Positions 11,680 through 25,000 of a stretch of DNA of 64,000 nt are shown piece by piece (the first letter of the stretch is position 1; each line of letters starts with the position of its first letter). Below the pieces are notes generated by a model that had not been told where the DNA came from, made no database searches, and saw only the letters and a program-made list of their open reading frames with translations. This DNA comes from Raillietiella orientalis (taxonomy: Eukaryota): the NCBI GenBank assembly GCA_036172245.1, contig JAYWIR010000043.1:930001-994000 (forward strand), in the 5' to 3' direction. The position numbers were made by a program, and so were the translations under genes.

Positions 11680-11890
11680 GTCGAAGGACACGTCCCGGAC
11701 GTTGTAGGAGGCGTGCAGCTGGCCACCCTGCTGAACCGCGCGGCGCATGACCTGCCCACCAGCTCGACGCAGCTGCTGCTCTTCACGGTCGCAATGACCT
11801 ATCTCATCGATGTCCAGCAGCATGATACTTTCGTGGCGCAGATGGATGTTGCGGTAGAAGCAGTCGTTCTGCCGCTTGTTGTCTACCCCT
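11680..11890 (-). pseudogene. Glycosyltransferase family 92 (DUF23) gene fragment
   Basis: Minus strand VDNKRQNDCFYRNIHLRHESIMLLDIDE, frameshift, VIATVKSSSCVELV ... HASYNVRDVSFD. Matches the GT92 core NDCxYRN...hLLDIDE(V/I)I (DxD motif) and the downstream SYNxRNVYF segment as recalled from arthropod members. Confidence 0.6.
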
Positions 11891-12399
11891 TCCTTCGATG
11901 AGGCGCCTTTCTTTCAGGGAAGCTACATCAAGAAGCGAAGACTCATCCCTTCCTCGTTACGAAGGAATTTGCGTACTCTTCCGTTCTCGCCTCCTCGTCT
12001 AAAATCGAGAGAAGTCCCCCTCCTCCTTTAATAGATGTGAGTTGGCACGTGATCAGCTTAGTACCCTATTAGCGTTTTGGGCTTCTTTCAGGGTGAAAGG
12101 AGACGGAACAAAGAGGCCCCTCGTCGACCGACGATCACTTCTGGAGACATTCTGGTGGATAACCAGGACATTCTGCAGACAAGGGTCTGCAGAATGTCCT
12201 GGTTCCCTACAACGAGTTTCTTCTGATCTTCTCTTTGTGCACTGCCGACAGATGGTGACAAGGAAAGAGGCTGGCTCGTTTCATAAAGTCTCTGCGGCTG
12301 CAGTGAATCCTCAAAGGTTCAGAACCTTCTGCGAAGTTCAGGGACCATTTCTCAGCATCCCAAAGTGCTCCTCACGTGGGTTGTTCTCGTAGGCCTCCT

Positions 12400-14540
12400 C
12401 CTCCTTCCTTCCGTTCAAAGTGCAACGACTCGAGTGACTCAAGAATAGGTTCAGCTGGTCCATCTGATATGCAGCTATAAAGGGCTGAAGTATTAATGAT
12501 GCGAGCGATGAAATCCAAGAACGGAGCCTTGCATCTCATCTTTTCGGGGGAGCAGGGAATCATCGATTTTTTTTTTCTTTTTGCAGCGCAAGCAGCCTCG
12601 CACCCGTACTCACCAACAGGAATAAATGCACCACGTATGCTGCAATCCGAAAGGGGAAGGACGGACATCCACTGGAAACTCGCTCCAGGGTATCCCTGAG
12701 GAAAGAAGCGATTCTGGAACCTCATAAACTTTATTGTGGAAGCTCATCTTCACTGTTTGTGTGTGGGAAACACCGGATGCCACTTTGGAATTACCTGCAA
12801 CGGATCCGGAACAAAGATATCGGAATGCAACAGGAAGGCAGCCGTGAGCCATAGCAACAGGTCATGTTCTCAGTAACCCACACTCCGGAAAATATTCAGC
12901 CCACCTGCCGGAAAAAGAAGGGGAAAAAACGAAGTAACGGAGGACAATTCATCCACTGCGCGCATCCTGTTTAACCGTAAGAGCTTTCAATGTCGAGACG
13001 TACCACTCCTCTTCAAGGCATTGCTAAGACGTGAGCATATTCCTGTGTGAGGCTGAGCAGGGAGCGTCGCTGCGGCTGACAAAAGGAAACTGCTTTGCCG
13101 TGGGCGTCTCTCCGGAATCCCTCATAATGGCTTTCCTCTTTGCTCGTAACAGTACGGAAACCGTCGATGCTCTCTGCAAAGGCAGCAGACGAATTGCTAG
13201 AGAAACGCCTGGAACAACGCCGGAAACAGGGCGGACGCACAATACACGGTGAAGAAGACTTCGCTCGCAGCAGACACGTTAAAAAGGGAAAGCAAGAAAA
13301 AAAGGCTATAGCAATGGTGGAGTAGAAGTTGTAGAGTCGAATGAGCATGGAAGCAAGCACAGAGTGGAACAAAGCTGGTTGGCTGATGCTAGCAGAACGG
13401 GAAAACTCGACGGACCAGCGAGACAGAGGTGTATTTGAACGAGCGTTCCAACCGAGGACTACAAGAACTGTTAAGGAGCGAGCATTGGGAGTGGTGTGGA
13501 GTGGCTCAGGGTCGTTGCAGATTGAGATTCGAGAAAGCGGCCAGATGTGGCAGAGGGGATGTGCAAATACGTGGATAGGTGCAAATGAGGCATCCAGAGC
13601 CCATGACCACAGAGTCCGGGACCACAGAATTAAATTTTCCGTAGCCTTTCCGTAATAGTACTGGACACCCATTTTTATATAATTCCTGTGCCACACAAAA
13701 GCTCTGATAGTGGAAGATGGGAATTCTTTAATTTACTTTTTCGCTTCAGAATAACCGAAGGAAAGCACTCGAATTAGCAGCCACCTTTCGACCTTTGGCT
13801 TGCACATGGGATGAAATGGCTTTTCTGAAGATCATAAGGTAGCGATGGCAAAATTAGCTTGAAAAATGCCTCGTTAGAAACACCGACTGCACAAGTTGTT
13901 TCTGTTCCAGGAAAGTGGGGAACAAATATATATATGTAACGAGAATTATCAAAACACCAGAATGCGTGTTCGTCCTTGAGAACGACGAAAGAGGTGAAAG
14001 TTCCAGAACAAGTTGAAAGGGATGCTGACCTAAATCTCCTCGGATCTGCATCTGTAAATAATGGCATTTCGGCTATCTGGGTCACCGAAGGAAACCTATG
14101 AAATTTTTTCAGCCACGCTGGGGAAGAAAAACAAGGGAACCCGCCGCTCCCAGAGCCGAGCTCTCTCCAATCGAGTACCGCAGACGCCGAGAATTCGTTA
14201 CTCCCTGCATCCGCTGCTTCGTCGGATGACCAGCGGATTCCAGTGGGAAACGAGGCTGGCGGAAATGAGCGGGGCAAACAAAATCGAAGCTCGCTATTTG
14301 TGAAGAAGAAAAAAAGAAAGAAAAGGAAAAACCAAAGCAAAAAATCTCTGACACACTGACCACAGGATGAATTTATAATGACGCGCTCTGCTCTGAGTTT
14401 GCCGGTGAGGAAGATTGGAAGCAGAGGATTGCTGGCCAAGACACAGAATGGTCATGAGCCAGAAATGAGCTGCTGCTATCTTCATCGACAATCTTAAAAA
14501 ACCCACTTTGGAAATAACGGCCACTCCCATCATGGGAGCA
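12400..14540 (-). pseudogene. Possible decayed SV2/SVOP-like MFS transporter gene(s)
   Basis: GYGKFN/LILWSRTLWSWALDASFAPIHVFAHPLCHIW (~13655-13540) resembles the SVOP N-terminus GFGKFQ...WMADAME...LHCEW. Exon-like blocks with ag/gt borders give LFRI-VAG and GYPGASFQ..IRGAFIPV; GIFQANFAIATL near 13870. All frames are broken. Confidence 0.3.
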
Positions 14541-17500
14541 AAGGAATGCGGAGCCGCTGCTTTTTGCGGTGCGGGGTTCTGGACGGGAAAGCGCCACCAG
14601 AGGGGACTTCGGTGGACGCCATCGTCGAGGCGGAGCCGCAGAGAATTCCCACTGCCCCATCTCGAAACGGATGGGAAATGAGCGGCGTTCGGTTGGCGTT
14701 GCCCCCTCCTTCCTCCCCATCCAGCGGTGGCCCTCACTTGGCAGCAGCGCCTCTTCGTGAGCGTCCAACTCGTTGCCACCTGCAGCTGACGGCGGAAGCG
14801 TCGCCCTCGAGAAGCGCGTGTGCGAAGCGGACACGGGGAAGGCCGGGCCTCCTGTTCAGCCAGCTGTCTGGCTGGGGAGACGTATTCAGGATCGAGGGAA
14901 TGTCCTCGAGAGGAACGGAAATGCAGCCACCTTCGAGGCTCGTGGCGGTGGTCAGAGCTGCGACCTGTGCAGTCCGCGGGTACCGACGCACCCAAAGGAC
15001 AAGTGGTTCCGCCCCGCACCACTCGGAGACTCGGACCTCTCCCACGCAGGCTTAGAACGCTGTCTGATCGAAGGAGGAGAGAGACGCATCTCCCAATAAG
15101 ATTCGCGCGTTCCCGTGGCTGGAAGTACTTTCCTCCAGCTGGTGCCAGCCCCACTTTGCTGCTTAACGGTTGCTCGGTTACTCTACGCTCATCCGTCCAC
15201 GCGACTACCGTGGCAACAAGAAGCGCCGGGGATCCTCCAGCCTCATGTGCCTTTCAGCTCCAGCAAACCGGTGAGAAGTCACAAAGAGTGCGCGCGCCTC
15301 TTGCCTCTCGTTCCTTTCTGAAGCTCTCTTTTTTCTCGAAGAACTTCTTTCTCCCTTTCGGGGAAGGACTCCCGCTCGATGAGAAGATGAGGGAAGATCC
15401 TCCGGCTGCCCCTGCAAGCTTCGGACGGCCAGTTCCCTCGGCAATTTTCGATTTTCCGATTCCTGGGATGGAGCACTTCGCAGGTATTCGTCCCTCTTGC
15501 TGAGGCGTTCTCCCCCTTTTTTCTTGTCGCCATCTCTGCAGCACCCAGAGTAATCGGGTGTCTGCTGCTCGCAGCCCCGCCGGGAAAGCGAGGCATCAGT
15601 CTTTTGACTCTTTTGCGTTTCTGCCTCTTCTTATTCGGTCCCCTTCGAAGCTGCGTCTGTGTATGTCCCGCGTGCTCGTGTCGTCCTTTCGCCGCGCTTC
15701 CCTTCGGTTGACGGCGCGCTAGAGTCGCCAGTGCCCCCCCCCCCCATCAGAAGAAGTTTGGTCGGACCATTCCATCGCCTTTAGCACTCGTCGATCTCTT
15801 CTTCCTTGCCGCAAAGGGTGCATTGAGACGCACAAGCAATAAGCAATGTACTTATACATATGTGTGTTTACAAGCTTCTCAGATCGATGCGGGAAAAGAG
15901 ATAGTTCCGCGCGAAGAGAGAGACCATCGTCTCTCCTTGGTGCGATGCAGGGTACCTTTAGAACCGCAGATGTTCATGGATATCCACCTCCTGCTACAGG
16001 AGGACGTTCCCTCTTCGAAGCCTGCGTCTCCCAACAGGGTTTCTGACTCCGAGCATCCTCCCTGTCGCGTCTCTAGTTTCGTTTTCAGGGCCCGAAACGC
16101 CAATCCAGAGGGAGCCGCTGAAGAGGAAGTGTGCGCCTCGGACAGGAAGTGCAGCTTTGAATTCGACTGCTGCCGTTTGCTCCGTTTCCGTTAGGCTCCT
16201 TCCTGGAAAACTCCCTCGGAGTCTCCAGGAAACGTCTGCATATAGCATGATCGATTCTTTTCCGTCTGGTTGGCTGCGTTGCACGGAGTGGGAGGTAAGC
16301 GCGATGTTCCGTGCTGCCCCGTCGATAAATGACGTGGGGGGATTGATCCCTCTACTGGTGGCGCGAACTTCCCTTTGTAGCACTGAGGTCATCGTTTGTA
16401 GGGCTACGTACGAGTGGGGGGTCACTGGAAACAGAACGGCGTGGCGTGCAAGGGAAGCAGGGAGCGCTCTCCGCTGTCCGCGATGTGGACAAGGAGGCAT
16501 CCGGCTGCTCAGGAGACCTGGGGAAACCGTTAGCCGAGGGAAAAAAATCCCCCCCTCTTTAGGGGCGTTCTCCTTTGTGCACACAGGGAGAGGAGGAGCG
16601 GCAGTGGTCCTCGTGCGCTCTCATGAGAGACTGACTTCCCCCACGCACAGCTCATCTGCAGCCGAGATGCAGAGCTCTCTCTCTCTCGAAGCGCCAGGCA
16701 CCTCGCTGTGCTCCTGCTTCCCGTACGTTCTTCCCCCCCCCCCCCCTTCCCTTTGCTACGGTGGTTCCCGAAGTCTTCCCCTCGGGCGAAGCTGCAAGCA
16801 AAACATAAGCAAAAAGGAAAGAGCAGCGTATCGCCTCCATGGAATAATTAGATAATGGCTTCTTGTTGAGAAGGAGGATCTGCTCTCATTTTTTGCTACG
16901 CCTCCCAGAGGCGCGTTGCTATCGATGACGCCGCTCGGTGACCGCGCTACTCCAGAAAGCGCCAACTTTCAGAAAATAGGAAGATCAATACGGACCTTTG
17001 AACTTCACGGCCGTAACTGCTGAAAACGGGAGAAACGCGCCGGACCCGCGGGATGGAATCTTCGAGAAGAGGCGTCAGTCACGTTAAGGGAGTCCGGTCG
17101 ACCATTTCGGGGCGTTGCACCCCTTGTGCTCGCGAACGTCGATGGGGATGGTCACAGAAGAAGATTGGCTGACGCGCCGACTCTTGCTGGTGCGAGTCTC
17201 CCCTCCGGGCCGAAACGTAGAAAAGGAAAAGGAGAAACTGCTTGTCCCTCCTTTCGCCTTCTGTTCTCCTCATCCTTTCTATTAGTATTTATTTTCCACT
17301 TCCTTTTGAAAGCCGGAGTGTTGCTGCTCCGAGTGTAATTCGTGGCGACCCAGGTGCGAACAGCGTGGCCATGCGGCGTTCGCAGCGGGCCCCGCCGAAA
17401 CAAGGCTGCAGAGACCTGACCCATGGCTTTCCTGTACTTTGTGTGGCCGCGTTTGTCTTTCTTTCTTTTTGCTCTCCCCCCCCTCCCGTTCCTCCAGCTT

Positions 17501-19036
17501 CTTCCTCTTCCATTCCCGGAACGTCTCGGCGGTGTTCAGCTTTCCAAGCGACACGCTCTGCCTCCCGGCGCGCAGTACGCGAGCGCCGTTCGAATGCGCT
17601 CCGCTGGCGGCCCTCCGCGAGCCGCCATCTTAGAAGCGAGCATTGTTGCGGCGCGTCCGGGACCAATGGCGTGCCTCCGAATCGCGAAGATGGCGGGCTG
17701 CTTGGACCGCGGAAGCAGCAGCCGCCATGGTTTCTTCGCCTCCATCCCTGGAACCCGGGAGCATCGCTTTCCAAGGTGATCCGGCGGTCCTCGCCATGCT
17801 CTCTGTGAGGGAGGAACACGTGCGTTCGCGGGCTGAATGGACGCCCTGCGAATCCTTATGGGCGCCTGAACTCGCTCGCCGAGGAACTCATTTGACCATC
17901 CTCGGGGCTGCGGCGTACCTTCCCATGCGTACCGATTTCCAGATCCGAGAGTGCAGCATCCGCTTGGGTTGCACGCAGCCACGAGAACACGGTCGTCCTG
18001 TACATTCGCATGCAGTGCATTCGTGCCTTATCACGGTACTCTGCCGGAGGGGAAAAGAAAAGGGAAAAAGGGATGGAAAAGAATTGCGAAGGAAAGCCGC
18101 AGACATTTGCACTGGCCGAGCATACGTACATGACCGTGCGCGACAAGTTGCCGAAGATGCGTCGCGTAGCTGTTCCGAGACTGAAAATCCCGCGTTTCTC
18201 AATCCGAGAAACGCGTTCTCGGAAAGCGCCAAGCATGCAGTGGGCCTCCTCGAGTGTTCTTTTCGCAAACACCGAAGGAAGGCGAAAGTCGTCCTCACGC
18301 GGCGTACACACCAACCCTCGGAAACACATCAACACGACGGGCAGTTCTCCTCTCAAGGACGATCCGAGCAAAGTCTCCTGCTGGAAGGCGCTGCTTTCCT
18401 TCTCTCTTCCCCCCACGGGGCAGGGGGCTGGGTCGACCAACACCCCCCCCCTCCTCCCCCGTGGTCAAGTGCTGGTCAGCGGTCCCAGCTTCAAGAGGAG
18501 GTTTCGCCTGTGTTTTTCCCCGTCTTTTCGAAATCGGTCACCTCCAGCTTTTTCAACTCTTCGCGTCGATTATCATCTCAGGGCACGCGGGATAATGCAA
18601 AAAGCCCTTTGGCGAGATTCTGAGTGTGATCGCTTAACCGAATGCACGCTTTGATCTTCCAAATTAAAACGCTCAGTGCATTCTTTTCCTCTTTTAGAAA
18701 ACGCTTTGAAATGATGGGCGTAATAATATCGTTGCTAGCGCAGAACAGTTTCCAGCGCTTACTTTCACTTTCTAAAACTTAGCTGGAAGGAAGAGACATA
18801 TAAGATAGCTTACAGGAATATATATAAAGAAATCTTTGCGGTTAGATTTTTCATTCATGTCCTTTTTGAAGTTCTTGTACAGATTTATTGTTCCACCCCC
18901 AGGAGATTCGGTCGTTTGCCGGCCCTTCGAAATGAAGTAGAAGAGATTCGTACGAATGTGTTCAGTTGTGGCGCCTCCATGTAGATCGGTCAGATTCCTT
19001 GGTTACGTGCTTCTTCTCGTCCACGTCTGCTACAAG

Positions 19037-22000
19037 ATGGACGCGATCGACTTCGTTTACCTGCAGCTTCATCAGATTCAGGACTACTACAGATGGACCA
19101 TCAGCTTCTCAGGTAAAAAAAATTAGCGAAATCCTATTACCAGTGGAAACGTTCCCCCCATGAGCGGAGATCTCCTTCCGATTACCTTTGAAAAGTTCCA
19201 CGGATGGAGTAAGAAAAAAAAAAAAGGAAAAAGGGAAAAAAATTTGCTTGCGAGAATCACCGCTGAAATTTGCTGCGAGAGAGAGAGTAATTAGCAGGCG
19301 TTGCTGTTTCGCGAAATGCGTGTGTTTCCGATGCTGCGCAGTCCGCACAACACCGAGGCTGCAAGGAAACCAACTTGATGTGGACGAAACCACAAAAGTC
19401 TTCTTCCTCTCTCCCTCTCCCAGCCGTCCAGAGCAGTGCTTTCCGTGTGTGCGTCCGTTTACCGTCCGTGCGCTGACCGAAGATCTTTTGCAAACGTATC
19501 TTTCAGATACCCTTTGATCGATGACGAAACTGAGGACTAAGAGTCACCCAGAGGTCGAATTGAATTGAAAAGTCAGCGTAAACATGCCTCGTGACCTCCG
19601 GCTTGCAATCGCATATGACACACCTGTCAGCCCGTATCGGAAAACGAACGAAATCGCCGTTACTGTTGTCGCATAGAAAGAGAACGAAAAATGCTCCGAA
19701 CCTTAACACTTGCAAAGTAGCCATTTGCGAAGGACCCACGTGTGAGATTATAATGAAATTTTTTGATGAAATTTTCGGAATAGACCGCGGGCTGTTGGCA
19801 GATGGAAGAATAAGTTCGGTTCCCATGTGATGCTGCTCGATAATCTGATCTTCCCCTGGAAGGGAAAGAAAAAAAGAAAAGGGGGAATGCGCGTTGCCGT
19901 GGGACTCATTCGCACCGCCGTCCGTTGAGGGTCTTTGACGCCGATCACTTGGCGGAGTTTCGATTTTGAGAGTTTCTCAAAGCATTCGAAATCCTCGAAA
20001 TCCATGAAACCTCGTGGGTTCGGCTCCGGAGCATGGAGTTGCATGCACTGCTGATGGTCTTCCCAGCCATCTCCCATAACCGACGCAAATGCGGCACTTT
20101 GAGGCGGATCCATAGCAACGAAGGATCAAAAACTGTTTCGACTCGGTTGCAATCGGCTCTGTAGCTTTTGCCCAGGGCGGACTGTGAACCGCAACTTCTA
20201 CCACTCATTATACTCCTCCTATTTACATCCACCTTCTTCCCTTTTATATTCACATCCGAAGAAAATTTCATAATCTCTAATCCCCTGACAACCCCTTCAC
20301 ACATTCAACCTGAATGATACTTCCTATTCGCTTACACTATCCTACGATCGATCCCCAACAAATTAGGAGGAGTAATTGCACTAATCTCCAGTATCCTCAT
20401 TCTCATTACCCTACCTATGCACAAATTCCCAACCTTACCATCCTCCCACTATTACTTCAGAAAAAAAATTCTTTTATCAAGACATATACCCAGAATGTAA
20501 GGAACGCTTCTCGTGCTCATGGAGCGAGGCTCCCTTTTCCGGAAAACAAAGCTTCGAGATTCTGTAGACTTCAAAAAAGAGAAAATCAGATAGGTAGATG
20601 AGAAAGCCTGACGTAATTTTCGGAGCTCGGCAGAACGAAGTTCAAGTTTGGTTGGTTGGTTGGTTGTTTCGAGGCACACGAAATATCACAAGAGGTATAT
20701 ATACCCTCTGACGGGGTTTAAAGCTTGAGATATGCCTTGTCGAGCTGCCACAGCTTTATCCACGGTGCGTTTGCCAAACCCCACCCCTTCGATCAGCATT
20801 CCAGAGTAAACTGCGGACTCTTATCTGAATCTGGTTACTTCCCAAATCGGTCATCGGCAACTGCTCTTCTGCATTCACTTACACTTTCCTCGCACTGCTC
20901 GCACACGATCACACACCTCAGAATCGCGGGAAGACCTTGGGAGAGAGCTTTGAAAGATGAATGGTGCCCGTAGGATGCCTTCGAGAGAGTCCGCGCTTGT
21001 TCTTGCTCTTGCAAGAACCACTGCTTGGAGTGCTCGGTGGCACGAAAAAGACGAAGAAGCTGAGATCTCTGGACCAAGGCGACTCTGTTTCGCGAAACGA
21101 GTTGCGTTGGTCCAGGAGAGGGGCCACACGCGGTAGGCGAAACGGTCCACGAAGGTGACGGAGAAAATGCGAGGCAAATCTTTCGGAACCGAACGAAATG
21201 CAAAGAAAAAGTTCCCACGCGGATGCCGGCAGAGTCGGAACGGAGTTTTTTTTGCGTCCGTCTTCTTCGCTTATCGGGCGGTTCCAGAAAGAAGCGCCGT
21301 CGAAATGGCAAAACGAAAACTGGAGTCGTTCACACTGATTAACTGCGTAATCCATCACAAGTCCCGAAAACCGCTGCAAACACACTATGGTTAGACGTGT
21401 AATCGACACGGGTCAGCTAAAGAATTGGGTTTTCCCGCATGGATCGCATGCGGTGGAACTGTTCCAACAGCGTACGGTGCTTTCTTGCGAGGAGCACTCC
21501 GCGGCAGGAAGTTCTCTGCGGGCTGTGATGGCCAGGGGGAGCCAAGCGAGCCCGGGTTCGGCGTTCAGAGTGCCGCAGGCGGCAGGCGTTTTCTGGACAG
21601 GGCATTTCGAAACGGAAGCCGGGAGTTTTCACCCCGTTCAACTCGAAGGAAACGGGATGAAAACCGCTCCGCGCCGTGCGGTATGATCCGACCGAGGGAG
21701 ACGTCGGCTTCGGGGCATTTTCCAGCCTCCCGAACCCCCAGGACCCCTTCCGTGTTCCGAGCAGCGGTTTCGTGTTTTGAAACGGACCGCAGGGGCCGCT
21801 CCCTCGCCCGTGACCTCAGCTTCCTGCGCAGAATCCCAGGGTCCAGCCGCACTGCCACTTCCTTCGGGTATCGATAGGGATCCGAATCCTCCGCATCCTG
21901 CGGAGGAAGGAGCAAGATCCCTGGCTCGCAAGTCGTCTCTGCAAGCTCGGTGGTTCCGATCGGTGGCACGGCGCGAGCTCGCGCTGGTGCGCAGTCGGAG

Positions 22001-25000
22001 CCGAGTGGCACACGTGCAGAAGAGCCCTTGAAAGAATTGCCAGAAGCTCAAAGAGTACCAACAACACCTCGCTGGCACCCTTTGAGTACTCAGCATTTTC
22101 GGTACTTTTTTTTTTTTTTCTCGACAGAGTTTAGAAAAAGAGAGAGTGCTGTAAAAAAAAAAAAAAAAAAGGAACAGCAAGCGATAAGTGTTGAGAATGA
22201 TAGGGTATGTCAAGTGAAAAGACTTGCCAGGTAAAGGATCGGCGTTTGAAAAAAAAGGATGTGTTTCAGAGTTAAAAGATTGGTCCATCTGCCTCACAGC
22301 TGGAAGTAACTGAGGCAGTTTTTGTGTTCGCCAGAAAAAGGACAGTATTTCAGAATGGCTTTGTAAACATCATATATTAGATAGACAGATATGCATATAA
22401 ATAAAGACATACATAATAAATTAGTAATGCACATATAAATAGATTGTGCATTGTCACCTTCATAAGAAGGAAAGAAATATCGAATACGTAATGCTGCATT
22501 GATAGGAAATTTCGAGTTGTTCTTGCGATTCCATTTCGGCAGTTGGCGCAATTTGCAAAGGAACTGAGGAGCAGAGGAAGAACAAACTCGCAGATGCATG
22601 CGAGTTTGAACTCTCTATCAAAGAATTTATCAACAGTGAAGAAACAGTTCCATCTTCTGTTTCGATTTCCAGTTTCCTACCGCTGCGCAGATCTTTCTCC
22701 GAGGCAATGATTTCCATCTCCCTGAACCTAAGGTGTTTTTTTTTTTTTTCTTTCTTTCTTTGGGGGGGGGGGGGACCAGACTCGAAACGGTTGCTGCTGC
22801 CCACGCAGTGTTTGTGCATTGCACACGTCCCGGTTCCGATTCGTTTCTCCAGAGGCCGCACAAGCACAAGCGCTCTCTTTACGAAGATCCTCGGGAGATA
22901 TGGGACGAAATACCAACGCTTGGGCTTGGCGTTCGGGAGCGTCGTCTTCCCGATTTCACGGATGCAATTGCTATATCCTTTGACGGGGGTGGAAGCCGTG
23001 GAGCACGGCATCGGGAGAGAACGTCTGCAAAAGCATCGAGCGCTTCCTCAGCTTGCGAAGCGGTGAGAGGAAGGACCCTACGTCCCGGAAACACGAGAGG
23101 GATGCCGGAGCCTGGAGAGCACACCCAGAGTCCGGAAAGCTGAACGGAAGAGAAAGATGCGCATGCTACAGGACGGAGGCTTCTGGCGCACGCGTGTTTG
23201 TGTGAGGATGTGTGCAAAAGCTGCAGCAAAAGAGCCAACCCGAGAAGAGACAGCAACTGGACGTGAAAAGAAACGGCGAGCTTCAAAAGGAGTGGCGGCG
23301 ATCCACCGTTGAAAAGCAGGACAGACGGCCTGCGGAACGAATGCTTCAGATCGTTGCAAGGTCCTCTCCCGAGGCGATGACGAATCCTCGGAGACCGCGT
23401 TTGCCGACGGATTGCAGCAAAGTAGGAAAAATCAACGGGATGAAAGACACAGTCGAATATGCCCACTGCTCACTAGAAGGTTTCCATAAGCCAAATTTTG
23501 GAGCAAACCCAAGAGTAGATGACGGATGCACTTTCTTCCCTCCATTGATTGGTCAGATGGAAAACAATGACCTTTGCCTTCGAAAGAGGAGAGACAAGAC
23601 CGCTTGATCCATCCTGTGATCCGCACCAATCGTAGGGACTCCAGTGTTATCCTTGCAGAAGTGTCTCAGTTTTTACGTTGTCTCCTTGCCATTCTTATTC
23701 ACGGAGGAAGGACGACCTTCTCTGTCCTGTGTCAAGAGTCTCTTCTGATCCTTTGAGAAGGATCTGTGGATTACCGAGGTCAAGGTCAAGTGTCATCCCG
23801 CGATCCTGTTTGTACACAACGAAAATAAAGTACATTTGACCAACCGGGGACGAAACCCTCTGAGAGTTTTTTGATATGGCCGAACGGGCCATTTCGTACT
23901 CTTTGGCGCGCGGCGAAATTCCGCTGGAACTGAGTGTGCTCCATGAAGCTGAGACCCTCGGCGAGTCACTGCTGCGTAGCAGTCCGGAAAGAATTCCTCG
24001 ATTCACATTCGAAAGTGAAAGTTCAAGGAATTCACGAAGGGAGGGGTTTTCCCTGCTTTTTGTTTTTACCACGAGGGAGGCCCGGAGGCGAAGCAATCGT
24101 TGGGATCTTAGCGGTCGAATGAAGAAAGTAGGAGACAGCTTCGGCTGCTGCAACGGAGTGGACGGATCCAGAAAGCAACTCCCGCCCCTTCCCCCCATAA
24201 GGAGTCTTGCGAAATCCTGGACTGGGTGGGGGAGGTGCGCGTCCCGGGGGGAAAAGTACCTAAACTCCCGGAGCGAGTCCAAGTAGGCAATGGAAAATCA
24301 AAGGGAACCAACGGAGTGTCTTTCGAGTGCAGAGAAGCGTTGGGGGAAGAGGAAACCCGGGATAGCATTCCATAGTCGTTCGCGAGAGATTCCAAGATGG
24401 TTTCCAGGAGCCGCATCCCTCAAAACACCACACGCAGGGACTGTGGACTTTGGTCTTTTCTCCGCAGCAAAAGAACAGCAACAAAGAAAAAGTGAATCAC
24501 AGCCTTCGCTGCGTATTTGAAGACGACAGATCCGCAGATCCAGGAGCAAGCCAGATCACGTGATCAGCCTCTTTCATGCAAATTGCTTTGATCAGATTGC
24601 ACTGCGAGGATGCTGAGAGCGAATCGAGATGCATGCCAATACGTGCTTCTTTGGCAGCGGCGGGCACGTCCGTCTTTTGCTTGTGGGGCAAGCGGGAAAC
24701 GCAGGCGCTTGCGGCGCAGTTCCGTCTTCCTTTCTGCTGTTCAGACCTCTGCATCTCGGATGCACCGAGAAAAATCGCAGCGTGGGTGTGACTCTTCCGA
24801 GATCCCGGGAACGTGGATTCGAGCCACATCTGCACAAATGGAACGCAGTCGGAGCAGATCTGTAATGGGTCCCTCCGATGCACGACGCGCTCCCATCAAG
24901 GCCATTTCGTCTCTGCAGCCAAGGAAACACTCGAGCCGAGCAAGACCTCTTGCCAGTTCCGTTTTGCTGTTTTGCTGGTCCGACCCTCCGGTGTATCCCT

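Noticed and set aside
14294..18654. Long ORFs (up to 326 aa) on both strands
   Set aside because: No recognisable domains; mutually overlapping and Arg/Ser-rich, typical of GC-rich non-coding DNA.
23420..23660. Minus-strand SPYDW and AYGNLL..SSR resembling an ionotropic receptor pore region
   Set aside because: Two short matches in different broken frames; too weak to call.
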